Origin: a virus
Lineage: Duplodnaviria; Caudoviricetes
DNA length: 64,000 bases
Direction: 5' to 3' (one strand)
Virus record (IMG/VR): IMGVR_UViG_3300026549_000050
Location: 32,001-96,000 of that record
Below the pieces are notes generated by a model. It was not told where the DNA came from, made no database searches, and saw only the letters and a program-made list of their open reading frames with translations. Positions 14,965 through 26,000 of this stretch are shown in pieces. Every line of letters starts with the position of its first letter. Position 1 is the stretch's first letter. The position numbers were made by a program, and so were the translations under genes.

Positions 14965-16361
14965 TGGATAAAGAGAAAGATAATTTAGCTAAATTTTCTC
15001 TTTCTATTTATGGTGATATTACTAGCTATAACGAAGTTTTATCAAAAGCTAGATGTAGAATTTTTTATACTGGTGCTAACCGAAATGGTACTTACATTAC
15101 GGATGATTTCGCCACAAAGTTGGTTTCAACTTTACCATATGTTCCGGTTAAAGGAATTTATGACACAATGAAAGACGATTTCACCGACCATGGAAGAGAA
15201 CGATATGAAGGACGTATCTATGGTATTGTTCCAGAAAATCCAAATTTTGCATGGGAAAAACACCTTGACATAGATGGGGTAGAGAGGACTTACGCTTGCG
15301 CGGATGTCTTGCTCTTTACTGGTATTTATAAACAAGAAGCTTTTGATATAGTTCAGAAGGCCCAATCTATGGAACTGTTTGCTGACTCTATCGAGGGAGA
15401 ATGGCAGTTTATCAATGGAAAAAGATTTTTTGTTTTCACAGAAGGTCGTTTCCTTGGTCTACAAGCCTTAGGCGAGGACTATGAGCCTTGCTTTGAGGGC
15501 GCCGCCTTCTACACTCTTGTAGATTCAATTAAAACATTAGTAACAGATTTAGAAAATTCTGAAATTTTTCAAAAGCAAAACTTGGGAGGAGAAAAACATA
15601 TGAATTTTAAACTTTCTGATAATCAGAAGTATAATATGCTTTGGACTCTTTTAAATCCAAGATTTAATGAGGAAAATGAGTTTGTTATGGATTACGCTGT
15701 ATGCGATGTTTATGACGGCTATGCAGTTGTTTTTGGTTTTGAAAACGCTGCTTATGAAAGAGCATATTATACTAAAGATGACGAAACAGATTCTCTCTCC
15801 ATTGATAAGATGGAAGTATGCTATATCGTAGATGTAAATGACGAGGAAAAGCGTGCGCTTGAAGTTCTTCATGCTATGAATAGCAATACATATGAGAAAA
15901 TCGACGAAGTTGTAATTGGACTCCAAAATAATGTTAATGAATTTAGCACGAAAATTGAAGAGAACGAAGCTACAATTACGACTTTAGAACAGGATAAAGA
16001 AGCACTTACTGCTGAATTAACCGAAGCTACTAATAATTATACAACTGCTTTAGATACTATTAATACTTTAACCGCTGAAAACGAAGAGCTTCAAAACTTT
16101 AAGGCTGCATCTGAACTTCAAGAGAAAGAGGCAGTAATTGAGAAGTATACTTCTCTTCTTGAAGCAGGGGAACTTGAAACTTTCAAAGAGAATATTGATA
16201 ACTATACTAAAGAAGAGTTAGATAAGGAATTAGCTTTCGTCTTAGTTCAGACTAAGTCAACTATTTTTACCAATAATACAGATGGATTTGTTCCAAAAGA
16301 CGAGCCTAAACTTACTGGTTTAGAAATCGCTTTAGAGAAACAGAAAAATAAAAAGAAGTAA
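14964..16361 (+). CDS. Prohead protease/scaffold fusion
   Basis: N-terminal protease-like domain (NRNGT, DH, QSMEL, EPCFEGA) and acidic coiled-coil C-terminus. Confidence 0.7.
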   Translation: MDKEKDNLAKFSLSIYGDITSYNEVLSKARCRIFYTGANRNGTYITDDFATKLVSTLPYVPVKGIYDTMKDDFTDHGRERYEGRIYGIVPENPNFAWEKHLDIDGVERTYACADVLLFTGIYKQEAFDIVQKAQSMELFADSIEGEWQFINGKRFFVFTEGRFLGLQALGEDYEPCFEGAAFYTLVDSIKTLVTDLENSEIFQKQNLGGEKHMNFKLSDNQKYNMLWTLLNPRFNEENEFVMDYAVCDVYDGYAVVFGFENAAYERAYYTKDDETDSLSIDKMEVCYIVDVNDEEKRALEVLHAMNSNTYEKIDEVVIGLQNNVNEFSTKIEENEATITTLEQDKEALTAELTEATNNYTTALDTINTLTAENEELQNFKAASELQEKEAVIEKYTSLLEAGELETFKENIDNYTKEELDKELAFVLVQTKSTIFTNNTDGFVPKDEPKLTGLEIALEKQKNKKK

Positions 16362-16379
16362 TAAAACGGAGGATTTATT

Positions 16380-16922
16380 ATGGCTTTCAAAAGATTTGTA
16401 ATTGACGGCTATGGTCAATTAGAACTTAACCAAGTTGCCTTCCGTAGAAATGGTAGGGTAGAAGCTCAGTGCGCACTTGATGACACTGATTTTGCTAGTG
16501 TTCCTGCCGAGAACGGAATGTTACTTGCGGTAGATAGAGTCAATAGAAAGATTAAGTTCGCTACAGATGACTCTCTGCCAATCGCTCTGAATTATACAAC
16601 TGAGCATATGTATGATGAGAGAGCAAACGCTCTGAAAGATTTCAAGCTTGAACTCGGTGAGTTCTACCCAAGACTTGGATTCCTTTCCGTTGGAGAATTA
16701 TTTACAACAAATTGTATCGGCTATGATGCTGATTTTGCTGATGATGATGCAGTAAAGGAAGTAGACCTGACAACTACTGACGTATTTGGCGGCATTAGTG
16801 AGGAAGGCGCTATTCTTCTTACTAAGACTGCTCCAGAGGCTGGTCCGGTTCTCAAGGCTGTTGAGAAGACAACTATGCCAGATGGTCAGTTTGCATTTAA
16901 GTTCCAGGTATTAACTGCGTAA
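16380..16922 (+). CDS. Capsid decoration/stabilising protein
   Basis: Position between scaffold and capsid; ENGMLL motif; highly expressed codon style. Confidence 0.55.
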   Translation: MAFKRFVIDGYGQLELNQVAFRRNGRVEAQCALDDTDFASVPAENGMLLAVDRVNRKIKFATDDSLPIALNYTTEHMYDERANALKDFKLELGEFYPRLGFLSVGELFTTNCIGYDADFADDDAVKEVDLTTTDVFGGISEEGAILLTKTAPEAGPVLKAVEKTTMPDGQFAFKFQVLTA

Positions 16923-16939
16923 TTAGGGGGTAATGAATA

Positions 16940-17986
16940 ATGACTATTAAAGAAATGAAAGAATTAGCCCTTTGCGCGGCTAAGAATGAAGCTCCAGCTA
17001 ATTATTCTGTAGAGAACGTAAACGATGCGCTCGCTGAGGCTCTCCAGGAAATGGCTGGTTCTATCAATCAGTTCATGAAGAACAGATATGATATTTATGA
17101 GATTATCATCCAGACCGCTGATGAAATCGTTCCTAACAAGGTAATCGATGCAGTAGGTATCTTCGCAGACGTACAGCAAGTAGGTCAGGGACAGAAGGCT
17201 CTTTTCAGAACTTCTCTTGGAAAGAGTAGAGCTAAGAAGTTCCTCACTCAAGTAGGTCTGTCTGGAGTATATGAGTCATTCAGACTCGATAATGGTAGAT
17301 TCGAAGTTAGCGCTCATGCAATCGGTGGAGCTTGCTCTATTGATTTCGAGAGAATGCTTGATGGAGCAGAGACTATGTCTGATTACGTTGCTGTTCTTAC
17401 AGAGGCTCAGACAGATGCTGTATATCAAGAAGTTCAGAAGGCTCTTCGCGCTGCCGTTTCTAAGACTGGTGTTCCAGCTAACAACAGAGAGATTGCTAAC
17501 AACTTCGATGGTAATGCTATGATGAGACTTATCAGCACAGTTAGAGCTTATGGTTCAGCTGCTGTAATCTTTGCACCACCTGAGTTCGTTGCTGCTATGG
17601 GCGCTGATGCTATCGTTCCAGTTAGCGTTGGTACAGGCCAGGGTATCTATCACCCACAAGATATTGATGCTATTCACAACACTGGATACATCAATCTGTT
17701 CAGAGGAACTCCAATCGTTCAGATTCCTCAATCATTCATTGATGAGAACAACGTTGAGACTTGGATTGATCCACAACTCGCTTACATTCTGCCAACTGGT
17801 GGAGAGAAGGTTGTTAAGGTTGTATTCGAAGGTAACACACAAATGTGGGATTTCGTTAATGCAGACCAGTCCATGGAGATTCACACTTATAGAAAGCTCG
17901 GTACTGCTATTCTTACATATCATAACTGGGCTATCTATCAGAACACAGGAATTACACAGACTTATAAAGAAGTCTATAATGTTTAA
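16940..17986 (+). CDS. Major capsid protein
   Basis: 348 aa, strongly biased codons, position, followed by a terminator-like hairpin. Confidence 0.8.
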   Translation: MTIKEMKELALCAAKNEAPANYSVENVNDALAEALQEMAGSINQFMKNRYDIYEIIIQTADEIVPNKVIDAVGIFADVQQVGQGQKALFRTSLGKSRAKKFLTQVGLSGVYESFRLDNGRFEVSAHAIGGACSIDFERMLDGAETMSDYVAVLTEAQTDAVYQEVQKALRAAVSKTGVPANNREIANNFDGNAMMRLISTVRAYGSAAVIFAPPEFVAAMGADAIVPVSVGTGQGIYHPQDIDAIHNTGYINLFRGTPIVQIPQSFIDENNVETWIDPQLAYILPTGGEKVVKVVFEGNTQMWDFVNADQSMEIHTYRKLGTAILTYHNWAIYQNTGITQTYKEVYNV

Positions 17987-17991
17987 TTTTT

Positions 17992-18023
17992 ATAAGGGGA
18001 GGGGTATATCCCCTCCCTTATTT
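17992..18023 (+). terminator. Terminator-like hairpin after the capsid gene
   Basis: Imperfect inverted repeat ATAAGGGGAGGGG-TATAT-CCCCTCCCTTAT followed by a short T-run. Confidence 0.7.
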
Positions 18024-18050
18024 GCTTAAGGAGTTAAAAGGAGTAAAATT

Positions 18051-18539
18051 ATGGAAGACAAAGTTAAAGTTGTAAATTTAGTTTCTAGCAGAGTTAGTAT
18101 TAATGTACCGGATGTTAGACTCAGTAGAGTATGGGAAAAGAAAGGAGCAGTTAAAACTATTCCTTTTGATCAGCTTGAAGAAGCTATGTATGACCCTGGC
18201 GTAGAAGCTATGTTTAGAGATGGAATATTGGGTATTGAGGATATTAAGATTAAGCAAAAGCTGGGTCTTGAACCAGAAGATGTAACAGAGCCAGTTAATA
18301 TTATTATTCTTAATGACCAGCAAAGAAGACGTTATTTAACCGTTATGCCTTTCCCAGAGTTTAAGGCTAAAGTACAAGAGTTACCAGTTGAACAAATTAA
18401 GGAGCTGGCTTATTTTGCGATTCAAAACGAACTTATTGATTTTGAAAAGGATGAGCTTCTTAAGAAGATGGTAAATATTGATGTAGTTAAGTCTATTGAA
18501 CTGGAGAGAGCAGACAAAGAAGAAACTACTGATAAGTAA
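18051..18539 (+). CDS. Phage protein (head module)
   Basis: ORF with RBS in the structural operon. Confidence 0.65.
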   Translation: MEDKVKVVNLVSSRVSINVPDVRLSRVWEKKGAVKTIPFDQLEEAMYDPGVEAMFRDGILGIEDIKIKQKLGLEPEDVTEPVNIIILNDQQRRRYLTVMPFPEFKAKVQELPVEQIKELAYFAIQNELIDFEKDELLKKMVNIDVVKSIELERADKEETTDK

Positions 18540-18549
18540 GGAGTGACAC

Positions 18550-18981
18550 ATGGCTTCAGTTTATGATGTATATGATGCTTTTTTAGCTAAAATGCTAGAA
18601 GATGAATGGCTAAACTGGACAGATGAAGAAAGAGAAGAAGATTGGCGAGCCTTGTTAGATGCCGCCATTCCTTATTTTAAGTTTCCAAGAGTTAGCTTAA
18701 AAATTAATAGAAATGACGACTTCTGTGACCCAAATGTTTCTAATGAAGAAATTCAAATTCTTGCAACTTATATGAAATGTGAGTGGTTAAATAGAACCAT
18801 TCTTACTTGGGAAAACGTTAAACCGTTATATATAGAAAGAGATTTTTCTCAAGCTAATTTAATAGATAAGTTAAGGAAACTTTTAGAAAGTGAGGAATAT
18901 AAGGCTTTAAAACTGGAACGTGTTTATTATCGCTCAAGAAAAGGCTTGCCATTTAAATATAGACAATTGGCAGGAGAATAA
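18550..18981 (+). CDS. Putative head-tail adaptor
   Basis: Size, helical character and position after the capsid genes. Confidence 0.5.
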   Translation: MASVYDVYDAFLAKMLEDEWLNWTDEEREEDWRALLDAAIPYFKFPRVSLKINRNDDFCDPNVSNEEIQILATYMKCEWLNRTILTWENVKPLYIERDFSQANLIDKLRKLLESEEYKALKLERVYYRSRKGLPFKYRQLAGE

Positions 18982-18983
18982 CA

Positions 18984-19271
18984 ATGAAATATGTTCCTGG
19001 TATGGATGAAGGATATGCAAATAGTTTAAAAAATAAATTATTTGGCTTACTTTGCGAATACGAGAAGGGAAGAGAATGGGAGAAGTTTTTAGACTCAATT
19101 TTAATTGAATTATTGGGTTTTGATTTGGACGAGCGTACCATTAATTATTATTGTCTGTTTCATAAAATTTCTTCTTTAAGATATTTACGATATGAATATT
19201 TCAGAAGTACAGTTTTCGATTGTATGTCTTTACTTTCGAAACAATCGGAGGTAAAAGATGGGATATTATGA
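18984..19271 (+). CDS. Hypothetical phage protein
   Basis: Coupled ORF in the neck region. Confidence 0.6.
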   Translation: MKYVPGMDEGYANSLKNKLFGLLCEYEKGREWEKFLDSILIELLGFDLDERTINYYCLFHKISSLRYLRYEYFRSTVFDCMSLLSKQSEVKDGIL

Positions 19272-19983
19272 AGAAATATATTTAAAAAGATTAAATAGAT
19301 ATGGAACGGATTTTCAAACTCGTATGCAAAATCAAAGAGAAGAAAATTTCCGGCGCCAGATGTTAAAATCAGTTTATTATGTTCGCTTTGAATATGATGG
19401 GGAAAAACGTGAGGGAGAGTTAACCCCAATGCGCCAGAATGAAACAAAAACTATGCAATATCTATTAACAGATGTGCATTTAGATATTCCGCACGGTACT
19501 ATATTATTTATACCAGATAAAGATATGGAGCCGCGCCCTTGGCTTGTTTATTACTTAGAAAGTATGAAAGCAAGTGGTTATAATCGTTATATTATGTTAA
19601 AGATGACGCATGAACTTACTTGGAAAGACAGAGAAGATAATATACAAACTTCTTGGGCATATTTTTATGGACAAGAAGATAATATGTTAAAGGATGAATT
19701 AAAATCGCGCAGTAGAAGTAGAGTTCTTTATACAGAGAATTTAAAATTAAGTTTCTTTATTTTACCAACTAATGTAAACTTAAGAAAAGATGATTATATG
19801 GAAGTTGCAGTAGATGGTTTGACAGAGGCTTATGTAGTTACTGGTTATGATATTCATTCTAATCCTGGTGTTGAATTTGTTTCTGTCGATCCGCAATATA
19901 TTAGAGATTTAACTCCACCGCCAGAACAGCAACCGGGTGATGACCCAGATGATTTCTTTTGGATTAATAAGGGGGTGGAATAA
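19258..19983 (+). CDS. Putative head-closure protein
   Basis: Beta-rich protein in neck position. Confidence 0.45.
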   Translation: MGYYEEIYLKRLNRYGTDFQTRMQNQREENFRRQMLKSVYYVRFEYDGEKREGELTPMRQNETKTMQYLLTDVHLDIPHGTILFIPDKDMEPRPWLVYYLESMKASGYNRYIMLKMTHELTWKDREDNIQTSWAYFYGQEDNMLKDELKSRSRSRVLYTENLKLSFFILPTNVNLRKDDYMEVAVDGLTEAYVVTGYDIHSNPGVEFVSVDPQYIRDLTPPPEQQPGDDPDDFFWINKGVE

Positions 19984-20477
19984 TGACAAAAGTAAGGGAT
20001 TGTAGTGATATTGGTGTTAATGCACAATATATTATAAAACGACTTTTAGCAAATCAGAATTTGTTAAAATTACTTTATTATACTGATAAAGACCCACTTA
20101 ATCATCCAGATTTGACTCAAGAACAAATACAAAAAGAAGTTTTTGAAAAATTAATTAAAATGGTGCCACGTGTTGGCCCTAAAGAGACAGCAAACTCATT
20201 AGTTGTACTTAGAATCGCGCGCGGGCGTGGTTTAGCGCAAAATAATGAGTTTAAAAATGTTTCTATTAGTTTAGAAGTATTTGTTCCTATGACTCAATGG
20301 ATTATTAAGGATACTAATTTAAGACCTTTTGCTATCATGGGAGAAATTCAAAAATCTTTAAATGGAAAAAAGATTGATGGTTTGGGCAAAATGACTGGTG
20401 GAGATTTTGATTTAAACTTTTTAACTGAAGAAATTTCCGCTTATGAGCAAACCTTTATTTTAACTTCGTATGATTGA
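19983..20477 (+). CDS. Putative tail completion/terminator protein
   Basis: Size and position upstream of the tail tube. Confidence 0.45.
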   Translation: MTKVRDCSDIGVNAQYIIKRLLANQNLLKLLYYTDKDPLNHPDLTQEQIQKEVFEKLIKMVPRVGPKETANSLVVLRIARGRGLAQNNEFKNVSISLEVFVPMTQWIIKDTNLRPFAIMGEIQKSLNGKKIDGLGKMTGGDFDLNFLTEEISAYEQTFILTSYD

Positions 20478-21204
20478 TGATAGGGTTTTTCTTGGATTTC
20501 CGCTAGAGTTTAAAGATATATGTAAGGTATATCCCCCTACTGTAAATGATGTAAGTGGGAATAATCATTTTTATATATATCAATCGCTTTTCACTATGAC
20601 ACAAGAAGAATTGGAAGATGCGTATTTAAAAGATGAAGTTTCTTACGTACCAACTCCATTTGAATATTTATTAATAAATTATCATCAAGATGAAGAAGTT
20701 AGAAGTTATATTTTAGAAGGCTTTCAAAAATTTCTTCGTGAACCAGTAACAATTGAACCTGAGATTAATATGATATTAATTGGTGTTGATGAAGAGCATT
20801 TGGATATAGAAAAAGATTTGGATAATCCAAGACTAATTACAGCAGAAAATTATTTTGAATTTCAAAATCTAATTCGGGCGGTTATGGGTGAAAGGCCAGT
20901 AGAGCCACCCGACCCCGACGAAGACCCGCGCATAAAACGCATCAAAGCAAAAGGACGTTATAGGGATAAATTAAAAGCAAAAAGACAACAAGGACCAAAA
21001 TTTGGAACTTTACTTGCTGCAATTTGCTGTATGGGAATAGGATTAACTCCACTTAATATTGGAGAGATGAGCTATGCCTGTGTTCAGTGGTTAATTGCTA
21101 TGGAACAACAACGTGAGTCTTATGATGTTGATATCCGTGCTTTACTTGCGGGCGCAGACAGTAAAAAAGTTAAACCAAAATATTGGATTAAAAATATAAG
21201 TTAA
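20470..21204 (+). CDS. Phage protein, possible tail assembly chaperone
   Basis: Position; C-terminal ALLAGAD...KYW; function inferred only. Confidence 0.4.
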   Translation: MIDDRVFLGFPLEFKDICKVYPPTVNDVSGNNHFYIYQSLFTMTQEELEDAYLKDEVSYVPTPFEYLLINYHQDEEVRSYILEGFQKFLREPVTIEPEINMILIGVDEEHLDIEKDLDNPRLITAENYFEFQNLIRAVMGERPVEPPDPDEDPRIKRIKAKGRYRDKLKAKRQQGPKFGTLLAAICCMGIGLTPLNIGEMSYACVQWLIAMEQQRESYDVDIRALLAGADSKKVKPKYWIKNIS

Positions 21205-21234
21205 ATTTTTAAAAAAATTAGGAGGCTATTTAAT

Positions 21235-22134
21235 ATGGCAAGTATTCTTGATAAATATGGTATTAAAGAAGTTGCTGACGTAGTGTTCTATGAGTTAGAC
21301 TCAAAGGGCGCACCTTCTGCTCCAGTACTTTATCTCGACACTCTTAAGGTTTCTACAATCGAGCAGAGTGCTGAGGTAGTTGATGCTACTGGTGGTAAAG
21401 GTAACGTTAAATTGATTTCTTGGGATACAAACAAGGAAGTTACAGCTACATTCGAAGATGCTCTGTTCAGCGTTAAGTCTCTCGCTATCATGTTTGGTGG
21501 AGAGGTTACAGACAATGCAGGCAATCAAGAAGTTCTTAAGACTGTTCCTTATAAGAGTGTAACAGCTGGAACCGGTGAATTTACTGTTGTAGTAAATGGT
21601 ACTGAGCTTCATATTGCTGATAATAAGGCTACTTATTTCAAGTATGTTGATGATAAGGTAGTTCCTCAAGAGGCTGCTGACCAAGATACAGAGTTTGTTA
21701 CATTTGACATTCTCGATGCTACTACAAGCGCAGGTGGAAAGGCTATGGCTAATGGTCTTGAGATTAGAATCGACGCTTCGAAGTTCGGTGGAACTTATTA
21801 TATTACTGGCGATACATATGCTAGAAATTATCAGTCTGGTAAGGACGAGTTCCTTCAGTTCATTATTCCTAAGGGCAAGGTTAGCTCCGAGGACCTCAGC
21901 TTAACAATGGAGGCCGATGGTGACCCAGCTACATTCACAATGAACGTAAATGTATTAAAGGCTGCTGATGGTTCAATGTTTAAGCTTGTTAAGTACACTC
22001 TCGCTGGTGGAGATACTAGTGATAAGAATAAGGGTGTTGCATCTGTTCTGAAGAACTATGATGATGAAGGCGTTGAAAATGCTGGATATGAAAGCGATGC
22101 TTATCCTGTAAGCGGAAGTCTTCCAACAGTATAA
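21235..22134 (+). CDS. Major tail (tube) protein
   Basis: Highly expressed codon style, DATGGKGN...W motif, LTMEADGDPATF, downstream hairpin. Confidence 0.75.
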   Translation: MASILDKYGIKEVADVVFYELDSKGAPSAPVLYLDTLKVSTIEQSAEVVDATGGKGNVKLISWDTNKEVTATFEDALFSVKSLAIMFGGEVTDNAGNQEVLKTVPYKSVTAGTGEFTVVVNGTELHIADNKATYFKYVDDKVVPQEAADQDTEFVTFDILDATTSAGGKAMANGLEIRIDASKFGGTYYITGDTYARNYQSGKDEFLQFIIPKGKVSSEDLSLTMEADGDPATFTMNVNVLKAADGSMFKLVKYTLAGGDTSDKNKGVASVLKNYDDEGVENAGYESDAYPVSGSLPTV

Positions 22135-22243
22135 TTAATACGATGATTAATTGGTGGGAAGGTGGAAACACCTTCCCATTTTACTTAGAAGTTATACGCA
22201 CTCGGCGGCCGGCCGTATTTGTGTGTGAAACGGAGATATATGT

Positions 22244-23044
22244 ATGGATAACGAATTTGGTATGCAAGAACTGTACTTCGTGCAGTTAAAATCCACTTAT
22301 CCTATAGAGGTAAAAGGAAAAGAAATTGCGACTGGAGAAGTGGTCGCAGCATTTGATAAAATTCAAATTGCTAACTTTCAAGAAATACATAAAGAGATTG
22401 CCGCACAAGGCGGTTATCAAAATAGAAAGTTAATAATTTGGAATAGGACTGAGGGCGTAAATTTAGTTTTTACACAGGGTATCTTTTCTAAAACGCAATT
22501 GGCGCTTATGAATAATACTCGATTAGTAAATATTGGTGAAAGTCAAATTATAAGAATAGCAGAAAGAGAAGAACTTGAAACCAATAGTGAAGGGATAATT
22601 ACACTAACCCACGCACCTATAGATTCGTGGATTTTTGTTTATAATAAAGAAACTGGTGAGAAACTGACGAACCTTCGTATGGTAGGAGAAAAAGAAATTC
22701 AAACCCCTCTGGTCTATAAAGAAGTCATTGTTGATTATGAATATGGATATGATAATGGCGTAGATGTGAGTATTGTGGGTGAAGAAATTTTTGATGGATT
22801 TCTTACACTGGAAGGTAGGTCAAGAATTAAAGATGACGTGACTGGAGAAACTCATACGGCTATTATACGTATTCCTAAATTAAAAATTACGTCAGATTTT
22901 AATCTCACTTTAGGAACAAACGCGCAGCCAGTGGTTGGAAAGTTTAGAGGAACTGCGATGCCGATAGGGCCCGCGCGTGATACGAAAGCCTTAGAGATAT
23001 ATTTTTTGGAAGATGATATAGATAAGGATTCCGAATGGCGTTAA
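22244..23044 (+). CDS. Tail-tube-like paralogue
   Basis: Shares the pattern with 21235..22134 (FGMQE/YGIKE, AQGG/ATGG, IPKLKITSD/IPKGKVSSE). Confidence 0.55.
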   Translation: MDNEFGMQELYFVQLKSTYPIEVKGKEIATGEVVAAFDKIQIANFQEIHKEIAAQGGYQNRKLIIWNRTEGVNLVFTQGIFSKTQLALMNNTRLVNIGESQIIRIAEREELETNSEGIITLTHAPIDSWIFVYNKETGEKLTNLRMVGEKEIQTPLVYKEVIVDYEYGYDNGVDVSIVGEEIFDGFLTLEGRSRIKDDVTGETHTAIIRIPKLKITSDFNLTLGTNAQPVVGKFRGTAMPIGPARDTKALEIYFLEDDIDKDSEWR

Positions 23045-23082
23045 TTTTTAATTAACGTCATTTTTATTTGGAGGAGAAGATA

Positions 23083-26000
23083 ATGGCAGAAACTGTTGAT
23101 ATTCTATTACGAGCGCGAATGGAAGCCAACGAAGTTACGTCTAGTATTGGCCAAATTCAAAAGTCATTACAAAGCTTAACTTTACCTAAAGGACTTTCCA
23201 ATGATTTAGAAAAAGAATTTAGTAAAATAGGTCCATTATTAAAAGATTATCAAAAGCAATTAAACAAGGGGTTTTCTAATAAAAAAGACCTCCAAACTTT
23301 TAGTGCCTTAAAAGAGCAAATTGGAGATACTTTAGGAACTATAAAAACACTTGTTAATCAAGCCAATTCGCAACAAATTAGATTAAAAGTAGATACACAG
23401 GCTATCGACCAGTTACAAAATAAAATTGTTTCTAAAACCGAAGCTTTACAAAAAGCATTAAGTCAAGTATTTACTAAATCTGTTAATGCGGATAATATAG
23501 CTACTCAGTTTGATAAAGTATTACAATCTACTTCTAGGTCTACCTCAGTTAAAGGAATGATTGGTAATGCTGGTAAATTATTTAATGCTCAAGAATATGC
23601 AGCATATAATGCAGAATTAGATAAAATTAAAAATAAGATTTTAAGTCTAAGTACAAGCAAAGTTAATTTTGCTAAATCATTAGGTGTTAAAGACGCTGAA
23701 AAAGATATTGCTGCAGTTGAGGCAAAAATTACTTCTTTTTTCAATAAATTAAAGGTTAATGAAGGTAAAGTTCAATCTATCGAATTACTTAAAAAAGAAC
23801 TGCGTGAAATGGGTGTTGAACTTGAACAATTAGATATATCTTCTAAACTAAAAGGTGCTGAAGAAGTTAATAGTTTACATGCCGGATTACAACAGATAGA
23901 GCAAGATTTTCATAATACTGGCAACGCGGCGAATGATGCTGCTTCTGGTATTCTTTCTATGAAAGATCAGGTGGGCCAGTTAAGACAATCGACTCAATAT
24001 TTCTTTAGTTTAAGAAATATGATAAATCTCTTTAAGAGAGGAATAGATGATGCGGTTAAGTCGGTTAAAGAATTAGATGCCGCCATGACGGAAACCGCAG
24101 TAGTTACCACCAATACTGTTGGTGATATGTGGAATATGCTTCCAGAATATACCAAAAATGCTAATGCATTGGGAGCAACTGTTTTAGATATGTATAAGGC
24201 AACAACTTTATACTATCAACAGGGTTTAAATGCAGAGCAGTCCATGTCAATTGCTGCTGAAACCATGAAGATGGCTAGAATTGGTGGATTAGAGGCTGCC
24301 GATGCTACCGATAAGATGACTGCTGCACTTCGTGGATTTAATATGGAAATTAATGAGTTGTCGGCACAACGCATTAATGACGTATATTCTAATTTAGCTG
24401 CTAAAACCGCATCTAATACTGAAGAATTAGGTAGTGCTATGCAACGTACCGCCTCTATTGCTCATTCCGCAGGCATGAGTTTTGAAGGTACGGCGGCATT
24501 TCTAGCACAGGCAATAGAAACTACCAGAGAACCAGCCGAAAACTTGGGTACGGCGATGAAAACAATTGTTGCCCGTTTCCAAGAATTAAAAGAAAATCCA
24601 TTAGAAATTGTTGAAGTAGATGGAGAGGAAGTTAGTTATAATAAAGTAGATACTGCATTACAATCTATTGGAGTTTCTTTAAAGGATGCTAATGGTCAGT
24701 TTAGAAATTTAGACAAAGTATTTTTAGAAATAGCCCAAAGATGGGATAGTTTAACACAAACTCAACAGCGTTATATAGCCACAACCGCGGCGGGTTCTCG
24801 TCAACAATCACGTTTTATCGCGATGATGAGTAACTATGAACGTACTATGCAGTTGATGAGCTATGCCAATGATAGCGCTGGAGCTTCTAATGAACAGTTT
24901 AATAAAACTATGGATTCATTAGAGGCTAAATTAAATAAATTACACAATGCTTGGCAAGCCTTTATGATGGGTATTGCAAATAATACTTTTGTTAAAGGCG
25001 CGGTTGATGGTTTAACTTTTGTTATAAGTCAAACAAATACATTAATTAATACTTTAAGTGGTGGTCGTGGTGTAATAAAATCTTTTCTTTCTTTATTTAC
25101 TGCCTTTACCGCTTTAAAAGGATTAGGTCGCTTCGCTAATGCTGCCATTGGTGGTTTGGGCGGTATGCTTGATCCACAATCTAGTTTTAAACAAGGGTTT
25201 TTTGGTGGCGGTATTATTGGCAATAAAGCTAATGCTAATGCGACTCAAGCAAGAATGATTTCTGACCCTATTGTTAATGCTATCAATAGATTATATCAGG
25301 CTCAAACAGGAAAGACGGTTACTAAAGATAGTCAAACTAGCGCCAAAGCAGATTATAAAGCTTTTACAGAAGCTAATACTGGTTTACGAGGAACAATTAA
25401 TCAGTTAAAACCTGGAGAACAATTTTCTATTGGCGAAGCCTATAGTAAGATTGATAAATTAGATACTCGTCAACAAAAAGCTGTATTACAACAATTGCCT
25501 GGGCTTACACTAAGTTTACAGAAAAATGGTATTAAATTTAATACAAAAGATATAAGCAGAAGTTCACAAGAACTTTTAAAAGTCTTTAATAAAGAAATAA
25601 ATGATGGTCTTAAAAATGGTAATATAGATTCTCAAACAGCATTAAAAATGTTTGGCTCTCCTCAAGAATTTGCTAAAGCCATGTCAGCCAGAGGAGATGA
25701 TTATGCTAGAGCCGCACAAGAAGTTCTTGGAAATAGTTTCGATAGGTCTACCTATAGAGAAGATTTAGCTAACAAATTATTACAAGTTGAAAAATTTAAA
25801 AATATGGATAAGGATAGTTTTAATAACTATCTAGACAAGGCTGTAGCAAAAAGAAATGAGAGAGATCAACAGGAATTTGCAGGATTCGCTACAAGTCAAA
25901 TAAGCAATGGTGCAAAATTAGCAAATAATATTGCTTCAGTTGGACAGGCCGCTACAATGGCGGGCCAAGGTGTAGCCCAGCTTGGTATGCAATTATCCAA

